Origin: Thalia democratica
Taxonomy: Eukaryota
Reading direction: 5' to 3'
Length of the DNA: 64,000 bases
NCBI GenBank assembly: GCA_965202585.1
Contig: OZ241833.1
Location: 26,412,001 to 26,476,000, forward strand
Shown: in pieces, positions 13,077-24,710 of the stretch
Position numbering within the stretch: position 1 is the stretch's first letter
Layout: every line of letters begins with the position of its first letter
Position numbers and translations under genes: made by a program
The notes under the pieces: model-generated
Seen by the model: the letters and a program-made list of their open reading frames with translations, nothing else
Told to the model about the DNA's origin: nothing
Database searches by the model: none

Positions 13077-13695
13077 GGGGAGGGGTCCACCTTGATTTTT
13101 ACAAGTTGATCTTAATATATAGCATTTCATCTGAGCTATCAGACATTTTTAACCACTTAAAAAAGTTTAAATTAAGTTTTGAGATGTAAGCGACCTCAAT
13201 AGGTTCCTAATGGAAGGCGCAAACTAAAAACGCAAAAAAGACTATTTTATTAAAAACCTATCTTCTCCTTCAATTTTAACCAATCTTCTTCAATTTTCAC
13301 AGTAAGTCCATTATTAAATTTTAAAAAGATTTAATACAACATGTTTGTTTTTTTTATCAAAATTTTCTTTTTAAATATTTTCAAAATTGCAACATTCAAA
13401 GTCTTTTAGATTATAAAAAGAATGTTTCCTGAAAATTTGAGGTCTCTAGCTCAAAAAATTGAATGAGAAGCCTTTTCTTCTCAGATTTTTAGTGATTTGT
13501 TTCCTAGAAAATTGAACCCAAAAAATTTGTGGTCCATACCTTTGTATTGGAAACTGTTTACAAAAATTACAATATCTTAAAATTTAAATAATAAATTTTA
13601 GTTCTATAAAAAATAGCTCATAGTTTGTACTTTGAGCTTTCATGTAAGAGCCAATGTTATTCTACGTAAAAAAAGTGTTGGGCCCCCCTATACCC
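13077..13695. mobile_element. Possible TTAA-flanked MITE (Kolobok/piggyBac-like termini)
   Basis: ttaa|ggggaggggtcc ... gggccccccta taccc|ttaa with imperfect TIRs; interior motif ttcctgaaaa(t/c)tt also at about 8411. Confidence 0.35.
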
Positions 13696-16600
13696 TTAAT
13701 TCTCAACAGAGTTTTTTGCAAATATACATGCCTGTGAGTCGTTATAAGGACAAAACCAGTCGTGGGTTGACTCAAATGGTGTTGTGAAGTTCATTGTTTA
13801 TTATTGATGGATCTCAGCGTTGTCGATAATAGCTTAAATAAAAACTGGTTAAAACTGAGTAAGTAAGCTATTTTTTCATTGAAATGAAAACAATGTTTTA
13901 AAGAAAAAAAAATTAAACATAAAAGTTCTTAATAAAAACATTATAAGCTTGTGCCTAGTTGACAAATTTCCACACCACTGAGTAACATTAACCATTGATC
14001 AATTTTTTTTTGCTATGCTACACTTTTTGTTTATGAATTTTATAGTTTAACTGTATTTTTCAGTAGAAATAAAGTTAAAACAGCAGAATGAGACATATTT
14101 TTCAAACTTACTTTAGTACATTGGACTTTTAAGATTAAGGTTTTATGAAAACTCTCATTTATTTAGTCTTAAAATAATCGATTGCAAAAACAACTAATAA
14201 GAGAAGAAAAATTTATCAACTTCTAATGTAAACTAGTAACTTAAAAAGACTTATTTTCTTTTTTTATCGAATCATCTCCAAACACTGTTTTTTTTAGTTT
14301 ACTTTATTAACCAAATCTCTGTGAACATATTCTTATAATTATTTACTTATTCAAGATTGACACTCTTTTTGAAGATGTGAAGCAACAAATGATTAAACTT
14401 GCCTTTAGCATACCACTTATTATTGAAAATAGTTATTAGTACATACCCCTGATAAAAAGCTAGGTGAGTATTAATTATTTCAAGTTTTTGCCTGCTTACA
14501 TGCACATATACTAAATATTTATTTACACTAACTTTAAAATACATTGTACTATTAAAGTTTAATGTTTATAAGTGACATTACCAATTCTATCTTTTTTGTT
14601 TATCATTGAGTTATTTGTTGTGGTTGCTCTTGTTGAATGGGTAAAAAGTAAAAGATAAAAAAAATTAAATACAGCGGAGGAGACACTTAAGTGATCTTAG
14701 TAGACTAAAATTATCATGGTGTATATTGGCAGTAATTGGTTTAAAAAAGAGTTCTACATTTTTTTATTAAACGCTTGATTTAAAAAAAAATTGTACTTAA
14801 TCTTAAAGTTTTTAATACTGCAAATTTCAAATAGCTCAACAGTGGGTTTACAAGCTATGGTGAGCAGCTCAATGACCTACATGTCTTTCTCAACACCAAT
14901 CAGTTGATTATTATTGAGAGTGCTATTGTGAACTCTTGCCTTCTTTAAGTGTTTTTCATCAAAATTAATATTTTCCATTGTAAAAGAAGATTTTAGAAAA
15001 CTAATAGACTTTGATTTGCTCTACTAGTTACAAAACAGTAGTTTAAAAAAGGATTATTTCCTAGATAAAGTATTTAGCATTCAAAAATAGATGACCAACG
15101 AGAAAAAAAACGCTTAAGACTCTTAAGTTAAGAGGTTAAATTAGCTCCCAATGCCGTGTTTTTCATAATAAAAAAACTCTTATATATAACACTACCTATT
15201 ATTTTTGTCTTTAAAATTAATTTTGAAAATTTTATACAAAAGAACATCCTTTGTCTCAGTTAAAGTAAAATACATCATGTTAGGGTTTTACTTCTGAAGC
15301 AGAGCGCCTTCAAAAATAATTCTTTTTATTTTCCTGTTTTACTCTGATTGCTCGAAATCTAAAAAATATTTTCAATTTCTTTCTAATACTTGTTATTAAT
15401 TCAATATTGAAAAATATAAGATGTGCTCAATTATTCCCTATCAGTTTTTAAGTCATATTTTATCAAGTTAAGCTCACTAACCAGCATTAGGAAGACAAAT
15501 AATTAAAAACAAATAACAGAACACAAATTGATTAGAAATGTGCTATAATCTATAAAAATATTAGTTTAGGATTTCATAAAGAGCGATTTATGTTACATGG
15601 GGCAATTATTAATAAGCTGGCAAAATGTAATAGGTAATTAATTAATAAAGGTGTAACATAAAATGCTCGAGCATCGAGGTAACTTTTTTCAATATTCTGC
15701 TAAATACGCAATTCTGAAAATGGGTTTTGCAACTAAATGTATTATATCATGATTGACTACTTTTTCTTCATAAATCAAATACGTTATACTTTTTTATAAA
15801 TCTTTAAAGGTTACAAACTTTTTCTTAAACTTAAGTTTTACAAGTTAATTAAAAATGCTGAGTTTAAAAAGTTGTAGTCACCTTTTAAAAAGTTAAGTTT
15901 CTCAACACAGAAGTGTACAAAGTTTTAATTTCACGAGCTAGATGTGGAAAAATTTAGTCCTTGGCGAGCAAGAGCATTTAATTTAAACAAAAATAACTTA
16001 AACTTGTTTTGAAAGAATTTTATTTTTGCTTTCAACTTCAAATCTCAAAATATCTCATTTAAGTTTCATGAAATTTCTTTCGCAAGCCGCAAGTTGTACT
16101 TTTGATGGGCCGCCAATTGTTTTACTACTAATGGGCCAAGGTTATTCAACCTCTGGTCTAGTTTAAATTTAAAAATTTAGTGCGGATTAATATGCTTGCG
16201 GGCCACAGTTTTACCTTTTACTTAATTTGCTTAACATTTGCAGACCAGATCCGGCCTGCAGGAAATATTATAAATATGTCTTATCTAGTATTTTTCAATT
16301 AGTTGATATTTACGAAGTTTTAGTAGTTAAACAAAGAAATCTATACTTAAATTAAACAAGTTTAAAGGTTATATTTCAAGTTTTTTTACGTTATGAAGGG
16401 GTTGAAAAAAAATCAAGTAGGTAGCTTTTTTTTAAATCAAAAACAATTGTTACTTAAGAACAAATCAGTAGTTCACATCAGCAGTAGTATTGTTATTTCT
16501 TATTAAAATTTTCAAACTGTCTGTAAACTTTTTAAACAAACAAACAAAACTTAGCTTGAATGTAGTTGCTTACTTTATTCTATTATACAAACCTTTTGTA

Positions 16601-17150
16601 TATTGTTGATGATAAAAAAAAAAACTTAAAATCTTTGAAAAACATTCAAATACGGTTACACCAAATACAAAATTTAAAACTTACTTTTAGTTATATTTTA
16701 ACCGAATTCAATTTAAACAAATTGTGTTATTATACTGAGTTGAGCCTTAGAAAAAAAAACACTATAAAAATTTTTTTTTTTGTTTAGCCAAAAGTACATT
16801 ATCAAATTATTACTGTAGAGAATATTTTAAGCAATGTAATAAATTAACTATTATTTTTCCAGAATTTTGCTTTTAATGTTAAACATACTATAAATTATAG
16901 AAATTTTAAATAACTAAACTAAACACATTTACTTCTAAGATAAATCTATTTTAACAAGCAATATCTTATCATACTGTTAAAGTTTTTATTGCCATTTTGT
17001 TATATATTAGAAACTTCTTTACAATAAACCATTAAAAAATTATGATGATAAAAACGTGTTTACTTTAAATGAAACGAGTGTGGATATTTAATTTTGGAAC
17101 AGCTGTTGATACTCGTTTGTTCTTTTTGCGGTCTCTTCTTGGCTTTTACT

Positions 17151-17586
17151 TTATTTTATTTTTTTTCTGCGTGTAAACCGACTTCCTTTCTTCTTTTCAA
17201 CCGACTTGACAACTCACACCGCCACAACCATTCTCATGTCTTTAGCGGTGAAACGACCGAGCGCCAGGTAACCATCAAAAGTCTCGACGCACAGAGGCTT
17301 GCTCGGCTTGAGCCTGACCAGCGCGGTGTCTCCCTGCTTTATCCTTTTCGGGTTTTCTTCCACGACCACACCCGTGAGGCCGTCAATTTTCTGCAGCACG
17401 GGCTCGCACGCCACTTCGGCAGCGTGAACGTGGACCGTCGACGTGTACCCCGCTCTGACCTCTCCCGTATGGTGGAGAATGGTGACCAGGGCCGTGAAAA
17501 ATGCTGCTTCCTCCGACGACCATGCCGCGCTTGATGTCTTTCACGGACTCTTTCTTCACGCTGAAGCCTACGTCGTCGCCAGCATT
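17151..17586 (-). pseudogene. eef1a: eEF1A-like pseudogene, 3' fragment (end of domain II plus domain III)
   Basis: Reads AGDDVGFSVKKESVKDIKRGMVV, then after a frameshift near 17514 EEAAFFTALVTILHHTGEVRAGYT..ACEPVLQKIDGLTGVVVEENPKRIKQGDTALVRLKPSKPLCVETFDGYLALGRFTAKDMRMVVAV*VVKSVEKK. This is colinear with eEF1A [20 protein letters not shown]...[36 protein letters not shown]. The DSKNDPP segment is missing and TGA replaces a Gly; no 5' part was found. Confidence 0.85.
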
Positions 17587-17817
17587 AAAATACTTTACGT
17601 TTTTTATTTTATTTTAAGATTAAATAACAAGTCAAACAAGTTTAACTTTGTTTACGTTTAGCACGTTATAGTATAAATAACAAATTACTAAGATGTTTGT
17701 AATAAGTTGTCAAATTCTTATACGCATAATTTTAATATACCTTTTGTTAATTTAACATTTTTTATCCGTAAAGTTTAGAATTTATTCTTTTTATTGCATG
17801 GTAGAAAGTTGCTAAAC

Positions 17818-17845
17818 CAGGGGTCGTCAAACTGCGGCCCATGGT
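17818..17845. mobile_element. Isolated left end of a Buster/Charlie-type hAT element
   Basis: caggggtcgtcaaactgcggccc, nearly identical to the left TIR at 51823; no matching right end located. Confidence 0.5.
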
Positions 17846-20218
17846 ATACTTTTTAGCTTATAATATACCTTTTTAAAACAATAAAACAAAGGTTTCGTAA
17901 TAAAAAAGTACAAACTAATTTTTTAGTTTAATTTTAGTAACTACTAGTTCTTATAATATGGATATTTTAACGCATTAAACAACGTTAAGTAGTAAATAGA
18001 GCGGTTTAAGTAGTAAAAAAAAAATTGTCCTTTGTTAGCAACAGACTCGTATTTTATTAGAACTAAAAATATTCACTTTAAATTCAAAAATAAAGTTTTA
18101 GATAATTTACTTGTTTTTCTTAATCTTTAAATCAGGTTTGGAATAAGAGCTAGTGTGTAAATACATGAAACAAAGTAAGAATCACAAAATTTACTCACAA
18201 GCAAAATAAAAACTTTTGAACGCTTTTGATATGAAAAACTTAATTTGTTTTTTCTGCATAAGTTTTTTTTAGCTAAAAGTTATGTCGCAGGTCAGAAGTT
18301 TTTACATTTGGTCTTGGTTTGCGGAGTCTTGTGTTAAATATTTCTTAGCCTAACACTAAACTGGTTACTTTTTTTTTAAATAAACCGGTATAAATGATTA
18401 GTTATAAGTAAAAACAGCATAAATTTAGTTTTTTGTTGCTATATCTAAATTTAGTTTTCTCATATTTATACAACTAAATATTTTACAAACGTTAATCACA
18501 ACCAAACCAAAAAATAAAAATAATCTAATTTACAAAATTCTCTTATTTATGGTATTTAAAAAAGATAACTCAGTGTTAAACGTAAGAACATTTAGCCAAT
18601 AATTTTTTAAATAGTGAGTTAATTTTACTTAAACTGATTTTGATTTTTGCTAACAGTTTTATTTCGATGACTAGTAAAAACATATCCAAAATAAGTTTGT
18701 AATGTTGACAGTTTCAAGCAACTTAAATAAAGTGTTGAAAAAAAACATAGTAATTTTTTTTTTAAAGTTTAAAGATAAACTGCGATTAGTGCACGGAACT
18801 AACTCTTTAATAAACTTACTGTGCTCACCTTTAAAAAAATTTAAGAACGACTGTAGTGATCTGTATTAAATCAAAAAATTTTATCAAAACTTTTATACTT
18901 TTTAAACTTTTGTTGTTATTATATTTGTAAAATATTATAAATCAACAATATTCTCATTAAGAAAATTATAACTACTTTTAGATAGCTAATTAATAAAACC
19001 AAAAATAAAATCTACAAAATGATTATTTTTAACAAACTTAGCATTTAAAACCGTCGTAAATGTAGTATAACACTTTTGTAAAGATGAAAAACATTAAATT
19101 ATAAGATATACTTTTTTAGTCATCTATTGTAAAACAGAATTTTGCAAATATAGCAGTGTTACTCACTATGCACGTTTTCAGCACATCAGTATTCGATAAT
19201 TTGAAAATATTCAAAAACGGTAAATAGAGAAATTTCCAGTTAGTGAGCACATCTCGCTTATGTTTATAAAAAAACTATAATAATTTATTAAACACTGGTC
19301 CAGATATATTTGGCTTAGATCAATGTCAAAACGTTGGAATACAAATTCATTAAGCTTAATTAAAATAGTAAGCATAAGGGCTTAAAGCAATGTTCTTCAG
19401 TCTAATGTCTAAAATATAGATGAACCAAAAAACAGAAAGTAAAAATAATAAAAATGTGTATATACATTTTATATCTTAAAACCATGAAGGCTAAGGGAGT
19501 TATGTTTGTTTTTTTAAAGAAATGTTTAAAAAGTATTTTATCTAACTGTTTTTGTTCGAAAACAAACAATGTTTTTTTTTTTTGAATTCACAAAAACATC
19601 TTAGAATTAAAGTATTATGAATTAGAACAAATTGAATTTATACTTAGAATTTTTAAAAACTTTTCTTCATGATAACACTGTATCAACAATTTGGATTAAA
19701 AAGTTGTAAACTTGTCTTGGACGAGACGTTAAAAGGTATCCGTGGTGTGAGACTCGATAACCGAAATGTTCTTCGTGCACCAGGTCCTACGGCCAGATAT
19801 CTTAAATAACTTTTTTTTTTCAATAAACAATAACTTCATATTAAGTTTAAAAGCTAAAATAGTAACTTCGTACGCCTAAAGTATTAGACTTGTCCAATTG
19901 ATTTGTGTTAGCTACTGCTGCCAGGAAAAGTTATAGCTTTACACAGCTTGAAGACTCTAGTGTTAAGTAGCACGCAAGTATTTAGTTTATGTGAAAAATG
20001 AAGCATTACTTTAAATTCTTAAAACTTGAAAGCAAATTTAAATATTCATTTTAGTTTTTAACAAAATACTAGCGAGATAAAGTGATATACTTTTTAATTA
20101 TATTTAAAATTTCAACAGAAGTCTTTACAGACTTTTTTAAGTTGCATTCTGACAAAACTTATCATTTTATTTATACATATAGAAAATAGAGTAGTAAAAC
20201 TCTGGGAACGGGTCAGAA

Positions 20219-20600
20219 AAGCACGGGTGACACTTTAGCACGGTGTGACACTTTAGCACGGTGTGACACTTTAGCACGGTGTGACACTTTAGCACGGGGT
20301 GACACTTTAGCACGGTGTGACACTTTAGCACGGTGTGACACTTTAGCACGGTGTGACACTTTAGCACGGTGTGACACTTTAGCACGGTGTGACACTTTAG
20401 CACGGTGTGGCACTTTAGCACGGGATGACACTTTAGCACGGCGTCACTTTAGCACGGAGTGTCACTTTAGCACGGGGTGACACTTTAGCACGGTGACACT
20501 TTAGCACGGGGTGACACTTTAGCACGGGATGACACTTTAGCACGGCGTCACTTTAGCACGGAGTAACACTTTCGCACGGCATCATTTTAGCATGGAATGA
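20219..20600. repeat. Left TIR tandem array, unit gcacggtgtgacacttta (18 bp) with 16-bp variants
   Basis: About 20 units visible; gives rise to the spurious VLKCHT and HRAKVS ORFs. Confidence 0.95.
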
Positions 20601-22733
20601 CACATTTGTTTATGCTTATATGTTATGTTGAAAAATATAAAAATAAACTATGCAACATAATACTACAAGCTTTTAATATCTTTCAAGTTAAAGCTTCAAC
20701 TAAAACTTTGTATTTAATATAGAATTACACTAGTTACTCTATGGCAAACCTCAACTTAATAATAACAATACAAAAATAATTTTAAGAATTCTATCAAATC
20801 ATTTTATTAAGATATTTTAACTAACGTATTTAAATATTTACTATCTATTTTACTATTTTAAACGTAAAACTACTTGTTTAAACCTAGCAACAAAAGTACC
20901 TAGCAACTAATAAATACTAGTATATTAGTAAATACGTTAAATAAAAGTGTAAATGTGTAAAATTTGTATATAGACTGCAACAAGAGTAAATAAAACTATT
21001 TTACAACTTTCTCTGTCTATTTAGGTTTTCTATTCTTTTAAATTTTAAGAAATAGTACAATTTGAAGTTTGATCAGTAAAATTTTTATTTGATTATTTTA
21101 AGCCGATTGTTTCAAAAGTGTTTGTACTCATGTTTGCATTTTACCATCTGCCGATATTGTTACTTTTATACATGCGGGTTTAGCGTTTAACTGACTTAAC
21201 ACGTTATTATAAGATAGGTCGTAGATAGTTTCTTAAGTTACTTTTAAATTAAGTTGACATGTTAATAAAGTCGATGTATTAAATCCGAATTAAACTTTTA
21301 CTATTAACTTAATATTTTATAGGTGCTAAACGAACTATTGCTTATTAAAAAGGATTTAAAAAACAGTTAACTATTTAAATTTAGACTAGTTGTAATAAAA
21401 TCGAGTCAAGGAAATGGTGTATTTACAATTAATAAACTGCGAAACATAAAGATGATAAAAAACTAAAGAACATGAATGCCAAATAATCGAAATACCGAAT
21501 CAAAGAAACAGAACACAAAATTTTCGTTTAAACTTAATTCTTGAACAACTGAGCAAGATAATAATGGCTTAACTGTGCAAAAGCACAGCCAAAATGAGCT
21601 CATAACAACGGCAACAAGTTACTGCCAAAATAGTACAATAAAATGAACCCAATAAAAAGAAAAGTAATTTTCCCCGCTAATCGACGCAAAGCCGTTGCAG
21701 TATTTATTTATTTTAAGCTTTTTATTAAAAAAAAATTTGAACATAATTTAAATGTAAGGTCTAAAAAATTTAACAACATAAATATAAGTAAACAAACTTA
21801 ATTTGATCATTCTACATTAATAACTATTTAAAAGTCATTTAAAGGTAAAATATAATAAAGAAACTTTGACAAGTCTGACTGTGGACTTGAAAAATAAAAT
21901 AAGAAACCACTTAAATTATTATGTTAAATGTTTCAATTTTAGTTCTTTTGTACAATTTATTTTCTTGCTTAAGTTACATTACAGACGTAAAGAGTTATTA
22001 AAACTAAATAAACTTTAGATTAATCTAAGATTTCAACGAAATTTAATGCATTATTTATAGCATTAACATATTTTGGTAAGTGTCAGTTTTTTTAAATTTT
22101 AAGTTTGAAAATGTTTTTATTTATATTATTTTGAGCACACACAAAGTTTAAAAACATTTAAGTTTTAGCATAATGTTTTAAAAGTTCATCCTTGGTGTGT
22201 TTATTTTATAGTTTGAATGAGTTCCACCGCCTCAAGTGTTAAAGAACAAATTAAAAACTAAAGCATGTTAGTATTCTGCAATTTTTTTATTAAATAAGTT
22301 ATAATTAGTTGTAAACCATTTTGTTAATAATACTATAGATTTAGACATTGTGTTTCTCATATCCTTATATTTGATTTAGCTTTTTTCGTTTTTAGTCTAT
22401 ATAGTTAAAAAATTCAAAATGTTTTGAACATAATAGAAAGTATAAGTCTTGTTTATTATAGGATTAATTTTAACACTTAGTTCATGAAGTTAGCAGTTCA
22501 ACATTAACATTATTATAAGTATTAGTGATTAGTTCAAAATAAATGTTTCTTTTATTTAAACACATAGTTTACTTATACGTTTAAGCTGTGAAAGTAAAAG
22601 TAACAATACAAGTTCTTGTGTTTAAAGAAAGTGTAAAAGAGTTTATGTTTTGTTTGTTTATGTTTTGAATAAGCTAGTATAGGTTTAAAAATGTATGTTT
22701 TGTTTGTTACGTAAATGTTATTTTAAACTTTAG

Positions 22734-22845
22734 TACTAGTTCCTAGTGCAAGTCCAAAAGGACTTGTGAGTTCGGCAATAAATGGAATTCCACTATCAAT
22801 CAAAGGCTCATTACCAAAAGAAAAGTCATTGAAAAGAGCTGCAAT
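22734..22845 (+). pseudogene. Probable upstream exon remnant of the MULE transposase
   Basis: actttag| ... |gtaagt; reads LVPSASPKGLVSSAINGIPLSIKGSLPKEKSLKRAA, resembling the LP...SLKR motif that precedes the MULE core. Its phase does not join the 23251 exon. Confidence 0.45.
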
Positions 22846-23250
22846 GTAAGTAAAGTTCATTTTAGTACGGATTTCAATTTGTTTAAATTAGTATCAATAC
22901 CTTTTGGACTAACAGCTTTATTTCCAAAAAGTGCATGATTTTTATTGTTTTTACAAAACAAAATTTTATTTTAGTATAGGCTTTAACTTATACCAGTCAA
23001 TATCCTTTAGACGTAGAGCTTATATTTTGATAAAGTGTTTATTATTTTGTATTTTCATATAATTAAATTACATTTTAGTGTAAGTTTTAGCTTATACCAG
23101 TCAATATCCTTTAGATATAGAGTTTTTATTTTATTTAGATTATGAGTTTTTGTACTTTTAAAGTAAACCAAGTTAAAAGATAACCAAGTTTAAAAGTAAG
23201 CTTAGTAAGGTTAAAGGTTAAAGTAAGGTTAAAAAAAATTAAACTTAAAG

Positions 23251-23600
23251 GTGCTAGAGGTGAGCCATTGTTTCCAATTCCTTTGTGGAGTCAGTACGAA
23301 CAAGTACTTACAAAAAGTGATCGAACGAACAATATTGCTGAAGCAGCGCATCGAACTTTGTACGCAGTATTAAATGGAAACCATCCAAATCTGTGGAGTT
23401 TTATAAATATTCTGAAAACGACTCAGATTTCTCGGGATATGGGACTAGAACACCTTCTGGCAGGGATAAAACCAGATCCCAAAAGAATAAGGTTCAGACA
23501 AGCAGATGAGCGTCTGTTTTATCTGGTGTCAAGTTTTAATGAAAATAATAATATACTTGAATACCTACGCGGTATTCAATACAATTTTGATATAGATTAA
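23251..23600 (+). pseudogene. MULE transposase C-terminal exon (remnant)
   Basis: ARGEPLFPIPLWSQYEQVLTKSDRTNNIAEAAHRTLYAVLNGNHPNLWSFINILKTTQ matches the animal MULE motif FPxxLW...RTNNxxExxH...HPxxWxFI; lies inside the TSD-bounded element. Confidence 0.85.
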
Positions 23601-24249
23601 ATGTATATATTTGTAAATTTCGTTTGTGTTCGTTTTTATAATAAAATTTAGTGCTATGCATAAATTTTTTATTATTATTTTACATAAATAAAGTTATTTT
23701 AAACATGTCAGCTGAGCAAAGTAATTAAATAAAATGTAAGTAAAGTATTACTATATTATTAACAGAAGTAAAAAAGAATACAGTATAAGTACATTTATAT
23801 AATTAAGGATTTTTAAAACTAGTTACCATTTGATTTACCAACTTCTTGTTTTTCAGTACTTATTTTTGTTATTAAGTATAGTTTTTCTTAAAAAATACAG
23901 GCCACTAAAGATGTTTTCTAACGTTTTGCTACCTACAAATGATTTTTCTAAATATAGTTCGAAAAGACTGCCAAACTTTGTATTACAATTTACATCTTAC
24001 TTAAATAATATTTTTATTAAAAATAATTTTGGAAGACATACTCTTTCTTGAAATCACACTTCAAAGTGCCTAAATTGCATAATTAACAGCATGCTGGTTA
24101 TATAAATTAATTTTTAAACGTTTTATTAAATACAAACTTTACACGTATTTGATTAAGTTACTTAAAACTATCGATGGCGCTTAAGTGTCACTACGTGCTT
24201 AAGAATCATTTTGTGCAAAAGAATCAATCAGTGATAAAGTTACACTCCG

Positions 24250-24710
24250 TGTTAAAGTATCACCCCGTGCTAAAGTGAAACTGTGCTAAAGTGACACTCC
24301 GTGCTAAAGTGTCACACCGTGCTAAAGTGACACTCCGTGCTAAAGTGACGCCGTGCTAAAGTGTCACCGCGTGCTAAAGAGACGCCGTGCTAAAGTGTCA
24401 TCCCGTGCTAAAGTGACACTCCGTGCTAAAGTGACGCCGTGCTAAAGTGTCATCCCGTGCTAAAGTGACACTCCGTGCTAAAGTGACGCCGTGCTAAAGT
24501 GTCACTCCGTGCTAAAGTGCCACTCCGTGCTAAAGTGACGCCGTGCTAAAGTGTCACACCGTGCTAAAGTGTCACACCGTGCTAAAGTGTCACACCGTGC
24601 TAAAGTGTCACCCCGTGCTTAAGTGTCACACCGTGCTAAAGTGTCACCCCGTTCTAAAGTGTCACACCGTGCTAAAGTGTCACCCCGTGCTAAAGTGACG
24701 CTGTGCTTTT
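24250..24710. repeat. Right TIR tandem array, unit ccgtgctaaagtgtcaca (reverse complement of the left array)
   Basis: About 25 units of 16-18 bp, inverted relative to 20219-20600. Confidence 0.95.

Noticed and set aside
15500-16300. Scattered gggccgc/ccggcc motifs resembling hAT subterminal repeats
   Set aside because: Probably decayed hAT remnants, but no paired TIRs or TSD could be defined.
2623-17216. TGA at Gly positions in both the Kelch gene and the eEF1A fragment, suggesting codon reassignment
   Set aside because: GGA to TGA is a single substitution, both sequences also carry frameshifts, and mbnl appears to use TGA as its normal stop.
17094-17661. Plus-strand ORFs of 146 and 72 aa
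   Set aside because: Antisense shadows of the eEF1A-like fragment.
20167-20439. ORFs of VLKCHT and HRAKVS repeats
   Set aside because: Translation of the 18-bp minisatellite in the transposon TIR, not a repeat protein.
20219-24710. CRISPR-like appearance of the repeat arrays
   Set aside because: Head-to-tail tandem units with no unique spacers, in a eukaryotic intron-containing context.
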